A stretch of DNA of 63,952 nt, filler included, from Gonapodya sp. JEL0774 (Eukaryota): NCBI GenBank assembly GCA_027604505.1. It is 4 parts of 4 records of this genome, joined end to end, with 100 filler letters (N's around TTAATTAATTAA, not from the genome) between each part and the next. Parts side by side here need not be neighbours in the genome. Positions count along the whole stretch, not along the records: positions 1 to 16,023 come from JADIIX010000289.1; 3 more parts are not named here. The stretch is one strand, 5' to 3'. This document shows positions 1 through 12,293 of the stretch, piece by piece; within the stretch, counting starts at the first letter, position 1; every line of letters begins with the position of its first letter. Position numbers and translations under genes: made by a program. The notes beneath the pieces are model-generated. The model was given only the letters and a program-made list of their open reading frames with translations, was not told where the DNA came from and ran no database searches.

Positions 1-137
1 GAGACTAGCACAGTGACATTGTTTTCTTGACACCAGATTATTTTAGCCCTTTGGTACACTTATTTAATATAACAGATTAGAACAGATTACAACAATACTG
101 TAGGAAATTAAGGAAAGACTGCATCGCGATAACCAAC

Positions 138-1200
138 TCAATTTGCGGGCCCCCTCACATCCCCAATTGCCCTAGTGCTGGGAGCAGCTCTTGACATGAA
201 CGGGTTGGTGAATGACCTGGGGAGAGAAGGGGACGGACTCATGAGAGGGACCTCGACGGACGATGTTCTCGTCATGATTGGGATAGGGGTGGCGATCGGT
301 GTTGGGGTGTCTGACAAACACGCCATAGGAAAGAATCCCAACGTGTTCATAGTGGTGTTTAGACCCTGAATAGATGAAGGCTGGTGAGGCAGGAAACGGA
401 TCACGAGGCGGGACGTGCACATACCGAGCCCCAGCCATCTGCACACTGAAAATTGCAAAACACCATTTATCCGACAGCAAGCGCAATCGCCCCAATCTCG
501 TCGGGGTCAGAAGGGGTGAAGTTGGCGACAACGTGCATCAGCCGCTTGACGTCAACAGGGGTGGTCTGGGCATGGCTTGAAGGTTGGTGTCCTTGCAGGG
601 AGGCGATCTGCTGCTCGAGGCGTGTGGCACGAGAGGAGGTCTGGCTGGCAGACTGAGCCAGCTGAGAGGACAGTTGTGAGGCAGTCTGGTCGAGTCTCGA
701 GGAGAAAGAAATATTTTACTGAGATTGGAGCTCTCGATTAACACTTTTAAGGGTTTTCACTTCTTGTTTGAGGCGGTCGGTGTCGGCAAAGAGCCTGGTG
801 GTGAGTTGTTCCATCTCGGTCGTGAGCTGTTCGACCTGTGCTCGGAGGTCCTCCGCGCCTCTACCACGAGAGCTGACGACAGCGACAGTGGTCTCATAGT
901 CTACTTCAAGGCGCTTCTTGATGAGGTCCGCGCACCGGTTGTCATCCAGAGTCTTGGGCGCGGTCAGGAGGGTTGCTGAGGACACACCAAAGGCAAGAAC
1001 CTGAAATGCTCCACACACGCGGCATGCAACAAAAATCCGCTTATCGAAGTGCAATAATTTGTTCAACTGAGAATATATCATCTGCGGGGCGCTCACCATC
1101 GAAGTTGACGGCGGGCGCTTTGCGAAGCTCTTTTAGTGAGGGACTTTCAGAGGGGGCAGGATATTTGGTATGACATGGGGGGGTGGGGATTTGGGGCGGA
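138..1200 (-). pseudogene. Coiled-coil plus C-terminal SH3-domain gene, about 4 exons, with an in-frame TAA inside the SH3 domain; 5' end uncertain
   Basis: The spliced reading gives a coiled coil (LRAQVEQLTTEMEQLTTRLFADTDRLKQEVKTLKSVNRELQ), then the SH3-like MHVVANFTPSDPDEIGAIALAVG*MVFCNFQCADGWGS|GLNTTMNTLGFFPMACL. The stop is at 467-469. Confidence 0.6.
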
Positions 1201-1298
1201 GATGAGATTCCCTGGTGGTATTGCAAAGGGAGGCGCTGGTGTAGCGTGTTTACTGACGGAGCCGATTGTTCGCAGAAACCCATTGCGCTTAACCAGCC

Positions 1299-3646
1299 AT
1301 GAGGGGCGGCGACGCCCATACTCGAAAGAAAGTGACTGCTCTTGCTCTTGCCCTGCTCTCCTCTTTGGCGCTTGTCCCGCCAGCGGTCGGGACGGTCGTC
1401 GTGCTCCCAACAAACGACACTTACGTTGTGAGTACACTTCTCAACATGTCTGAAATAATGACCAACGTTGTTAAATCACCTTGTCGCAGGATCGCGAGGC
1501 TGCCTTTGGGTCTGATATCCCGGACGAGGGAATAACGGGTCGTTTGCTGCCCGCATCACTGTTTCACCCCGACGGGGCAACACACGGATGCGATCCAATT
1601 CCCTTGTATGAGCCAGAAGTATCAGCGCTTCCGGGACCAGGATCGATCTCATGGGACTCGTCGGTGGCCGCTCTTCGCGATATAGCTGACCGATTATGGT
1701 CCGATGACACAACCGCTACCGCTTTATCGCGACCCTCCCGCATTCTTCGCCGCCGGTTGCCCGTCTGGAAGCGAAACGTGCTATCCATTTTCGGAGTGTC
1801 CCAAGCGACTCTATTCCCCTCGCCGGACGACGCCACCCCGGCACACACCTCAACCCCTCCTCCGAGGACCCCAGCACTCCGTCCACCGGCAGGTTTCATC
1901 GCTCTCGTCGAACGTGGCGAGTGTCCATTTGTCGATAAAGTTCGCGCGATGCAGCAGTCTGGGGCGATAGCGGTCATTGTCGGGGACAATGCTCCTGGTG
2001 GAAATCTGGGTACGTGGGGAGGGCCTTTGGTATCTCACAACTCTTTCAGTCATGTTGACTAAGTCTCCTACACGCGCATGACAACGTTGCAACCACCCAT
2101 AGTCACCATGTACGCCCCTGGTGACAACTCGGACATCCTTATCCCTTCCGTGTTCGTCGCCCAGTGGGAGTACCGTGACTTGCGCTACCTCTCATCCCTC
2201 GCTGCCGAGCAGTGGATCAGAGAAATTATCGACAGTGGTTCTACCACGGGTCGTACGGGAGGGGAAGGCGGGGTATCTACCGAACCGGGGTCCGCCACCG
2301 GTGTCGTGACTCCCCATGCACCCCAACGCCCACCACACCGCCCTTCATCCCGCACGGGGCAAAAGTGGGGTGTCGATCTGCCTTTTGACACGGTCTCTCG
2401 GTCCACTTCTCCCCCAGGGTCCTCCGGTTCAGACGGAACCTTTCCTTCTGTCCTCGTCCCTCCAGGCCTCCCCATCCTCATCCTGCCAAGCACCCCATCC
2501 ATCCCCCTCCTCTCTGTCCTCCTCACAGTCGTCCTCGCACCTTTGCTCGTCCTGGGTATCTTGTCTGGGTACTACGTCATGCGCCGCGAGCAGAAGCGGC
2601 GGAACGACGTGTTGACCAGAGAGGAGGTGGACAGTTTGGGGTGGACGTACTATGTGAGCAAAGCGGGGACGCAGGGGAATCACTTGAACCGGGACTCGGT
2701 AGAAGATGATCGGGACTCGGTGGCGGAGGATGTGCCAGTCCCATCGGTCATCGCGAATGGTACCACGACCACCCATACAGTGGCAATCACCGTGGACCGA
2801 GTCGAGCCATCTGCTCCTGCTGGTTTGATTCCATCGGGTAGCCTGGACTCCCAGGACTTGATGGTTGTGCCGTCCTCGTTCTCCAGCGTGGGAACTGCAG
2901 CAATTGGCGAATCCGGCGGGGCAGGGAGGAGCGACAGTCCTGTTGTGCTCCCACAAGTGTCGGATCCGCCAGTTATATCATCCGCGACGCTACCTCTCCC
3001 GATTGCCACATGTAACGAGGCATCGTCATCGGCGACAATGTCACCTCGCACTCACCCGCACTTGCCTGTCATTCGCCCATCTCGCCCACCGACCCCACCA
3101 TCTCCCACCTCCTCCATGTCGTCTGAAGATCTCTGCGCGATCTGCCTGGACCACTTCTCTCCCGGGGATCGATTACGACCTCTCCCCTGCGGACACGACT
3201 TTCACCCACCGTGTGTCGACCAGTGGCTCATCGAGAGGAGGCGAGTGTGTCCGGTGTGTAAGCAAGATGCGGGACAGGGGAAGAGGAGGGGCACTCGGGG
3301 GACGGCGTGGTTCGGGTGGTGGCCCGGTGGAGTGAGAGGTGGTCAGGAGGGGGCCTTGGAGCGGGGCGAGGGGCAAATCCAGGCTGAAAACGGAACTCGT
3401 GCGTGGTCGAGACTGTTGACTGAGTGGGCGAACGAGTGGAGAAATCTATTGTTCAGCGGTGGTCCGTTGGTCAATTTTCAAGATCGGGAGGAGTCCCCAG
3501 GGGAGACTCAAAGGCTCCTCACTGGTGAAGGTGGAGAAAGGCAAGAGACCGATACAAACGTCAGGCAGAGTGTTCACGGATACGTCTCCTTTCCACCTGT
3601 CATTGTCGCGGAGGAATCTGCGAGACCAGGTTGGTCCACAAGGTGA
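1299..3646 (+). CDS. PA-domain / transmembrane / RING-H2 E3 ubiquitin ligase (RNF13/GRAIL/RMR-like), about 3 exons
   Basis: N-terminal signal-like hydrophobic stretch; PA motif IALVERGECPFVDKVRAMQQSGAIAVIVGDN; TM segment LLSVLLTVVLAPLLVLGIL; RING-H2 CAICLDHFSPGDRLRPLPCGHDFHPPCVDQWLIERRRVCPVC. Introns at about 1428-1489 and 2010-2102. Confidence 0.9.
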
Positions 3647-4101
3647 TTCTCGAGAGTCTCGTGAGTCTCGTGCATGTTATATGGATACCCACTGGGCGCG
3701 GGTGGGGTAATGGGTGCCAGGTGTGGTGCATCTTGGGAGGGCTGGACGAAATGTCACAGGTCAATATTTTGTGCGACGGCATGACTTCATGTGGGCCTGT
3801 GATGATCTGCAAGGCCGACCCTTCTGCGGAATCTTGAATCTCGGCTTTTCGAGTGACGACAAAAGTCTTCGTATGTAAAAGTGGTGTAGTATTGTGGACG
3901 GTGTATTGTACATAGGACTATCATTATCTACTGTTGATCGAAGTTTCCTCCATCATAGTCATATGTTTTCTTACTGTAATAAATAGTGGACAATTTGTTT
4001 CTGACCATTTTACCTCCGACTGGGTCGTTGTGGTGTGTCTATCACCCGTGCTCCTGAACCAAACTGGGACGACCGGGGTTCACGTCAAAGCGCTTTGAAC
4101 A

Positions 4102-6702
4102 ATGCTTTCATCGATCTTCTTCGCCAATGCTCGAAACTCGGTGGAATATTTCATTTGCATCACTAATCCAATCGTAGTATCGACTTCAGTGAGTGTTTGG
4201 GCCGAGTTCCATTGGGCTGGTCAGACATACCATTCGACATTTACCGCTCTCCTCACAGTGCTCGCCACTTCCGCCGCGGCAGCAACCGCCCCTCGCATCG
4301 AATCTTCAGTCGCTCCTGGAAACACGAATCACCGTTTCCCGGGTCTACCAGTATGGTGGCAATCCGCACTCTTTGTCATCGTCTTCTTCCTCGCCTTCTT
4401 CGGCCCCGGATTGCAAGTCATTGCCCCCGTCGTCTGGCTCCTTTATGCACTGTCGATATTTTGGGTTCGCAAGAGTATCCAAGCGAGGATCGTTTGGGAG
4501 CTCGCGAGGAAGAGAGAGGGAAAGCAAGTCACGGGAATCGAGCAAACCGCACGGATGTACTCCACATGGATCCCTCTGTACTTGACGACTTTCCTCGGAA
4601 CGTGGCTATGCTATATTGGTATTCTTAATGTTCACGTAGGTAGATGAGATTTAGAGATTCATTTGTTGCTCCGTTGTTTGACATAGCCGTCAAATAGCCA
4701 CCTTACTGGCAAGCTACCACGTACATAATCTCTCTCCTTGCCGCATTCGCTTTCACCGTTTTTATGATGTTTCCCCTCTCCGTGGACGCCGCTGTCTACA
4801 AACGAATCTATAGAGCGCATCTGTCGCAGGCACTGACCACGGGTGGCACGATCCCGGTATCAAGTGACTCAATCCTACTCTCGCTAGTGTTTGCATTGTC
4901 CAATGCTGGTATCTGGACCTTCTACGATGTGATTGGTCCTCTTGGCCACCAACAGAACCCCGCAGTTTCGCAGTATGCGATCACCCCGTTACTTCATCTC
5001 GTCTCACTCTTTGGGCTCTCGGGTATCACATTCACGATCAGCTGGGGTGCTGGCGTCCTGGCAGCCTTGCTTGTCGATTCTATTTGGGTGCCCAAGGTCG
5101 CACCTTCGTCCGGTTCGGACACATCGCTGGCAAAAGCTTCCGAGAATTCCATCGTGGGGTCTACAAATGCCCTGGCTTCTGTAGCTGGAGGGACTACTCT
5201 GGAGCTCATGCACGCTACCACCGCTGGGTCAGGTCCTGCACATCGATCGCACAACCAACCTCCGAGATCATACAGACCACTGTTTGCATTCAGTATGTGG
5301 TTTCTCTTCGTCATGTTATATGGATGTGCTCGGATGGAGACCTTCAATGGCATATTTTTCCGTAAGTATTGGGTCTCTAGAACCCACTTGCATTCGGCGT
5401 GCTCTGACTCGTTCGTTATACAATGTAACTCTTCAGAAATCGACCAAGAGACGATGGAGGACTCTTTCCCTCGTCTCCACGTGGGCTGTGTTATCAACAA
5501 CGAAGCAACTTCCCGCCCGAACTCGTTCACTCCTGAGACTTGGACGCACGATTGGATTTTCAACGCAACCGAAACATTGGCTCGACGCGGCGCCCAGCTC
5601 ATTCTGTGGAGCGAGACGGCTGCCCGTACTATTGGTGCCGCGGACGAAGCGCAGTTGCTCAATAGATCTATCACCATCGCAAAGAAGTACAACTTGCTAC
5701 TCGGCATTGCTTACTTGGCGGATCACGGCCTCTGTCGCAAGTGCAATGAAACTGACCGCGTGGCGTACGGATTACCCGCTGCTGGCCTGCCCAACCCTGA
5801 TCTCGATTCCAACAAAGTCACTCTCATCAACCCTGATGGAACGATCGCGTTTACGTATATCAAGTCTCACCCGGTACCGGCTGTAGAATCGAACGTAAAG
5901 GGTGGATCACAGGTGGTGCAAATCGCTGATGTGACCGTGCCAGGGACGACGAAGAAAATGCGTGTGACTGGAGCCATCTGCTTCGATCTTAGTAAGACTA
6001 GGTCGCATTTCAACGCCAGTCCGCCCATAACATAATTGTTATCGAATTTTTCGGCAAGGCTTTGATGACGTCCCCCAACAGGCTGGGTCTGCCGGTGTTG
6101 ATCTTCTTCTCGAGGTGTGACCGGATTCATATGAGTTGAAAGATGTGGTGTCTCACGCTCTGCTTTGATAACCTTCTCTATTGACAGCCATCCTACACAT
6201 GGAGTAAGTGATCATAGTATCGCTCTTCTATTTCGAATATGTGTAAACGTCCATCTCATTCAGGTACGATTCACCAATTCACATCGGAAATGGACACGAT
6301 CCCGTCCATAGCCAACGGCTTCACCAATCTCAGATGCAACAACGGCTACTCTCAAGCTGTTGGTCCTTGGGGAGAGCGATACTTTCGCGCATATGTGAGT
6401 ATCGAGTACGGGTGGATGGCGATTCTGAGTACTCCAGTTCTCATGTCTCCTCACATTGGTTCCAGACTTTAGTGGGCTCTACCGCGGAGGCCGTCATTCC
6501 GATCAAGCCCCATGTGAACACCCCGTATGCCAAATGGGGAGAAATGTTTGGCTGGATCTGCCTGGCGCTCACGCTTGTGGTTCTGTTCGGGGCAATGGCA
6601 CCCGTACCCATGCTTAAATTCCTGTCAGTGCCGATCGGGAAGGGCCGTTACTTTGACCTTGGTGGAGGCATCTGGAAGTGGGCTACAGGTACGAGGATCT
6701 AG
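4102..6702 (+). CDS. Multi-pass membrane protein with a C-terminal carbon-nitrogen hydrolase domain, similar to apolipoprotein N-acyltransferase (Lnt); multi-exon
   Basis: Multiple TM segments, including LFGLSGITF. Nitrilase-fold triad motifs ILWSETA (E), YIKSHPVPAVE (K) and GAICFDL (C). Lnt-like C-terminus TPYAKWGEMFGW followed by a final TM helix. Confidence 0.75.
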
Positions 6703-6940
6703 TCAGCGTTGGTTGTTACCACCCACACAAGCATGAAGTAGGAACAAGACATCATAGACAACCTAGAGAATGAGTGACGATCACTACGATTGTGACATTC
6801 AGTAAAGCTGTAAAGTCGATGAAATTACATAGCAGATATCACCAAGGTTCATACATCGCTGAACGAGCTACTATATTGCACGGATGGGAAACAGATGGTA
6901 GCAGCACCCAGGGTTCCAGGATAACCCGAGCTGATTTCCA

Positions 6941-9163
6941 TCAAGTTCTTCTCACGTTCTCACCTATATGATTCAGCTTCTCCGCATGTGGCACCTTCCT
7001 TTGGGTCCGGCAATCTCTCCCATACCAACAATCTGGCCGCTTCTCGTATTGGTCACGCACGTCCTGAGGTAGAGCAGCCCAGAACGCCGTTTTATCAAGA
7101 TCCCGTCGGTACTCGTATGCAAGTCCTGATAGAAGGCGATTTGCGCACCCTTTACACAGGTACGAGTCATCGGAGGGACGCAAAGCACCAGCGGGTAACG
7201 GTGGTGAGGCGCCCAAACCAGTGTAAGTACCATCCAGATACTTGGGGAGGACTGCGCGATAAACGTCCGTCATTGACGTGTTTGTGGCGGTGAGATAGGA
7301 GGAAAGCAATTTTTGCTCAGTGAGATTGAAGCCGAACGTGGATGGAAGTAGATGTGTCTACGGACGAATGTGATGAGGGGAAAAATCTCCGAAAAGAACA
7401 GAAAGAAGACCTAATCCAAATATGGGTGAGAACGCACAAACTCATGGTCCCCAATTTTCTTGAAATCAGTTGCGCAGGTGGGATTCGTGCAGCCACCTGG
7501 AAGTGTATAACAACAAAAGCGCTGAAAACACATACCACCTGACAGAAAATGCAAGATAGAATTACATCGTGGATTCTGATAAGTCCACCATGAATGAAAA
7601 ACAGCGACACGATATAACATCCAACTTACATTGCCCTTTCTTCGCTTCAATACCGTCTCTGGAAGGAAACTGTCGCCAACATTTGGAACAGTAAACGTGA
7701 GACTGACCGGGATTGGCGCATACGAAGCCGGTTCCGTTATTTGGATTGCACAGTTCGCATTGAAAGCCGGGAGCGCCATCGTCGTCTTCGTCCTCTTCAT
7801 CAGATTCCCCATCGGAGTCATCAGCATCATCGCCGTCCCGGATAAGACGAAGCTGTTCGTTTTGTGCAGGTGATTGTTTCCGGGCTCCGCATCAGTATGG
7901 ACCAACCTGTAACCAGTCGTACACCCACTCACTTCCCCAGTTTTGACTATGCCTCTCGTAACCATGTCAGTTTCTTCCTCAGCAGATCTTGCCTTATCGG
8001 GGTGTTTCGCCAAAAATCTCTCCGCGAATCTCTGTAAAGTATGGTCTCGGCCCACCGATGTAACAACGGTGCGGCATGTAGGACAAGGAACCCGGTAGTA
8101 AGTCTGGGAAGCGGGAGAAGCTGGTGGAGGGTGGTGACCATTTCCTCCTCGCGGGCGAAGAATAGCAGAGAAGCAAGCGTTCTGTATCGAGGCGAAACTT
8201 GAATGTGTTGAGGGGGCTCGATCGGCGACACGAAGGGCACTCACACAGAAATTATGACTACACGGATTACAATTGACCGGTTGGAAATAAACGTCGTGGC
8301 AAATCGCTGAGCAAATATACGGGAGGAATGATAAGCGACTTTGGGAGGGCAAGCACGCATTTGGGAGACGCACTACACATGAGGTCCATTTCTTCATCGT
8401 CCTCGTCTTTGCTTCCAGTACCTGTAGTGGTACCACTTGCCGAAGCTTCCCCGGAATCTGCAATCGTCTTCTGCTTTTTGACAGCACTGCCCGAACCAGA
8501 GCCGACCGAATCCAGTGCCCGTTTAGGTGCCCCCGTTGTTGCGAGTCCATTGGAAGTACTCTCTGCGAGTCTAAACACGTAGTGTGGAAAACGGGCATCG
8601 CCTTTCTTTGCCAGGGCGATAATATCACCGTCTCGTAGAATCCGAACAGAACCCTTGACGAGCTTCTGGTCATTCACGTAAGTGGGATTCGCACCGAGTG
8701 ACTCCAGAGCGACTGCCTTTCCAGTAGGGTCACGGGTGAGCTTCGCGTGGGTGGATGAAATGTTTTTGTTGTCTGGGAAGTGAAGCTTTGGGTGAGCTTC
8801 TGCAGTGCATCCAAACGAAAAAAATTGGGAAGGGTAAATGAGTGGCAGTCAAAAAGATATGAAAATGAATGTCTTGGACCCACCATCGCCCCTGCCAAAG
8901 ACGAATCGGTTCGTTCTCGCATCCAAGTCCAGGGAGGTCCACCGAACACTCGGATCGCCATTGCCGGCGGCTCGGCGTGATTTCACGCTCGTGGGGTCAT
9001 AATCAGCAGCTACTGCCACCAGACGGCCCCAGCATCGCCGTCCTAGATCCTTCAGTTGGAGATCTTGCTCCGGTTCGGCATCCGAAGTTGCTTCATCGTC
9101 TAGAAGCTCGTCTACGTCTAGGGTCCCCGAAGTCGTGTCAGCGTTATTGACATTTCCGGACAT
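6941..9163 (-). CDS. CHFR: CHFR-type E3 ubiquitin ligase (FHA, RING, Cys-rich region, PBZ zinc finger); multi-exon
   Basis: FHA motifs (FVFGRG; LRDGDIIAL). RING (C.AICHDVYFQPVNCNPCSHNFC...CPTCR). Cys-rich segment (CFQRFCCYTLPGGCTNPTC; LCKGC). C-terminal PBZ-like RPDCWYGRDCRTQRKVPHAEKLNHI. Confidence 0.8.
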
Positions 9164-9383
9164 TTTTGCGATGGAACTTGATGGGGAAAGCTCCCAGAGA
9201 TGTCACAGAAGAAACGTCCGAAGTCCGAACGTGGGGCTTGCCTTCATGTAGTGGAGGCCGCAGAACTGGAACAGGCCACATCTCCCTTCGATTGATGCAG
9301 TTTCAATTAAATTTGCATGACAGCTCGATTATTATTCTTAGATTCTAGTATTAAGATCCAACTCGACCCACCGGGCCCTCGCA

Positions 9384-11238
9384 TTACGCGCTGGATGGTT
9401 TTTCGCTCTTCAGTATGCGTCGAGCAACGAACACAATTCCAACGACAGACGCCACTACAAACGCAGTCAAGTGTCCGACTCCCATTGGAAGGAAAGCGCC
9501 GCTCTCCTTCCAGTTGTCGAACAACACGCCTCCCACCTTCGTCACGAGGAGCACCCCGACTGCCCCGAAAACGGAGTATACACCAGCGACAGAACCTCGC
9601 ACCGAAGGGTCCACATACGCGGAGTCAGTTGCGAGCGCGAGGGACGTCACGATCATACCTGAAAGGTGACACGTGGTAACTGTACATTAGATCGGGCACT
9701 CGGGCTTGCAGCTGACAGAGAGGCTCACCTGCCTCGCCCATCCCTACCAGGGATGTCCACGCAAAAGTGCGGCCACTGGTGGGATCTTGAGAAGCTACCA
9801 TCCCAAAGTACCCAACGGCGCCGATAAACCCAGACCAGCCGACCAGGGCGACGCGGGAGAATCGGTCGTTTGCGAGACCCCAGAGGAGAGCGGCAATGAG
9901 CGCTACGACCTGTGCAATACCTGACACCGACGATGCTTTGGAGTATGCTTCTCGGCAGAGCTCCTTTACGGCATCGGAGTCGCCGGGATTCAGGGAAGGG
10001 GGGCAAAGTGACTGCGAAATGTAGAATTTGGCAAACCACAATGGTAGGTAGAGGGTCAGAGAAAGGGTGTCACCCCGAGCCTGTGGTATCATGACAACAT
10101 GCGAAGATTTTGAGACGGAGTCTAACATCCAGAACATCACTGAATAATGAAAGCTTACACAAAACGCGCCAATATACCCGAGCAAAACTCGAACGTCTCG
10201 CATCGCGGATATTCCTTCCCATGCAATTTGCGAAATCGACTTTTCATGTCGGCTTTCCTTCTTCGTAGATGTGGACGGATTGGGTGCCATTGAATGTTCC
10301 ACAGTGATGTCCACCGCCGCAACCGAAACACCACTGTTTGAAGATTGTCCCAGAAGAGAAGTTTGAGACGACACTTCAGTGATTGAGAGGGGACGAGGAA
10401 GATCTGCGGCTGCAGAGTCTGCCAGGTTTCCGTCCTTTGTCTGCTTCAACCCAAACCACAGAACGATGGAAAAGACAAGAGCAACAGCGCCGACAACATA
10501 GTATGTGAGGCGTATACTCCTTGCATCGACCAAGCCTTGAGGGTCCTTGGAAAGGGAACTCGGCAAGCGGAGGAATACGAAGAGAGCGAGAAGGGCTCCG
10601 CAGGACGTGGTTACGCCAACAATTCCAGAGAGTTTCCCTCGAGTGCGGTCACTCGCAAAGTCCGCAAATACAGCTGTGAGCATGGTGGTAGCGGCAGACG
10701 CCCCAAGGGCTAAATGTCATGGACATGAGGGGCTCTATGTAAGCACCACACTCAAAATGATCCGGTGAGGGAGCCAAGTTTCCACCTACCGAAAACAAGC
10801 CGCATCAACAAGAGTCCAGGGTACACATTGGGCATGTGTACGTATCCGAACAGTGATATTCCAATCAAAAGATACCCGACCGAGTACACAAGTCGTCTTC
10901 CAATCTTGTCTGATGTCAGTCCCCAAACGTACACCTTGGAGAAAGTGTGGTGAAGATCGCATGCACCAGCATAACATGCTGGAGAGGCAAATACACACCA
11001 TTACAAGAGATAAAAGCTCGTCAAAGAACCCAAGATTTCCCGTCGTGTCGCCCAAGTTTTCTTTCGGTACTCCGATGATAGTGGTCAGAACGAACGATTG
11101 AGAACTCGAGAGAAAGACCAGGAAGTTGATAGTGAGGAGCGATGCCAGAAGATAGATGATAAAGTTGAGAACAGATGTCCCTGGGCCGAGTTCCAGGAAA
11201 CGCCCGGTCATGTGCCGAGTATCGGATTTCTCCGTCAT
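9384..11238 (-). CDS. Major facilitator superfamily transporter, multi-exon
   Basis: MFS motif A-like WGLTSDKIGRRLVY and WGLANDRFSR; about 12 hydrophobic segments across ORFs 10786-11319, 10752-10934, 9625-10683 and 9384-9656. Confidence 0.85.
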
Positions 11239-12293
11239 GTTCCGAGCAAACTTAGCGTGTCCTTTGAAATGGAGACGATGACTGAACCACGAGCTGCAGG
11301 TGACTGAATCAGCTGGCACGCTGAAGTGGTGGAGTCAAACCAAATGGGTGAGGTGGGGCCGCAGCTTGGATGATCTCATAGGGCAAAAACGCCGAACACA
11401 CGTAAAGTCAATTGGACTCTCAGCCGGACGCAACTGATTAATTCAATCTCTGCTGAATGGTTCCACGGGAGCAGTTGCGGTGTTGACTGACAGTGTACCG
11501 CGGCTCTATCGTGAGCATTCAGCAAACAAACTCAGATACATATTACATATCAGCCGTCCTTGACACATTGACACACTCAGTACGTTGTTTCCGTCAGACA
11601 ATCCTGCTCGACGGTAAGATGTTCCACAAAAGTTCAATCTTCACAGGATTTAGCGCAATGTTCTGATCTTTATAACAATCCAGTGACAAAATGCGTTGCG
11701 GTTTCTAACATCGCCTTGGCGATCCCGCCTGGAGTATCGCATTCCGACTGAACAACTATCGTCATATATTGCGACATAAAGCTAGCTCCTCTTAGTTTCT
11801 AATATATACATATGGTTACTGGCACCGCTTCTTTGTATTCACAGACAGTGCGGTTTGACACATCGGAGTCAATTATGTGGGCTTCTCCTTGAAATCATTA
11901 TACGGTGGTGAGACGAGAAGAGCATTGTGAGAAGTCTTGTCACGCGGTGGTTCTTCTTGGTACATCGGTGGATGGACAGGACGGGGCAGGGTCAGAGGTT
12001 CCCTCCGTACTTAGATGTAATGCTACTACACTTCCAAATACANNNNNNNNNNNNNNNNNNNNNNNNNNNNNNNNNNNNNNNNNNNNNNNNNNNNNNNNNN
12101 NNNNNNNNNNNNNNNNNNNNNNNNNNNNNNNNNNNNNNNNNTGTTTTCGTTTTTTGTTGCGGTACATGGTGATATGGTCTATCATCAAGTGCTGACTTCC
12201 ACGTCGGCCGCGTTGTTCGCTTGCTGCACCTCGCTGACCTGCCTTTCCGGAATTAGCACCGTAGTCTAGTCACCTCATCGCCACTTGACAATC

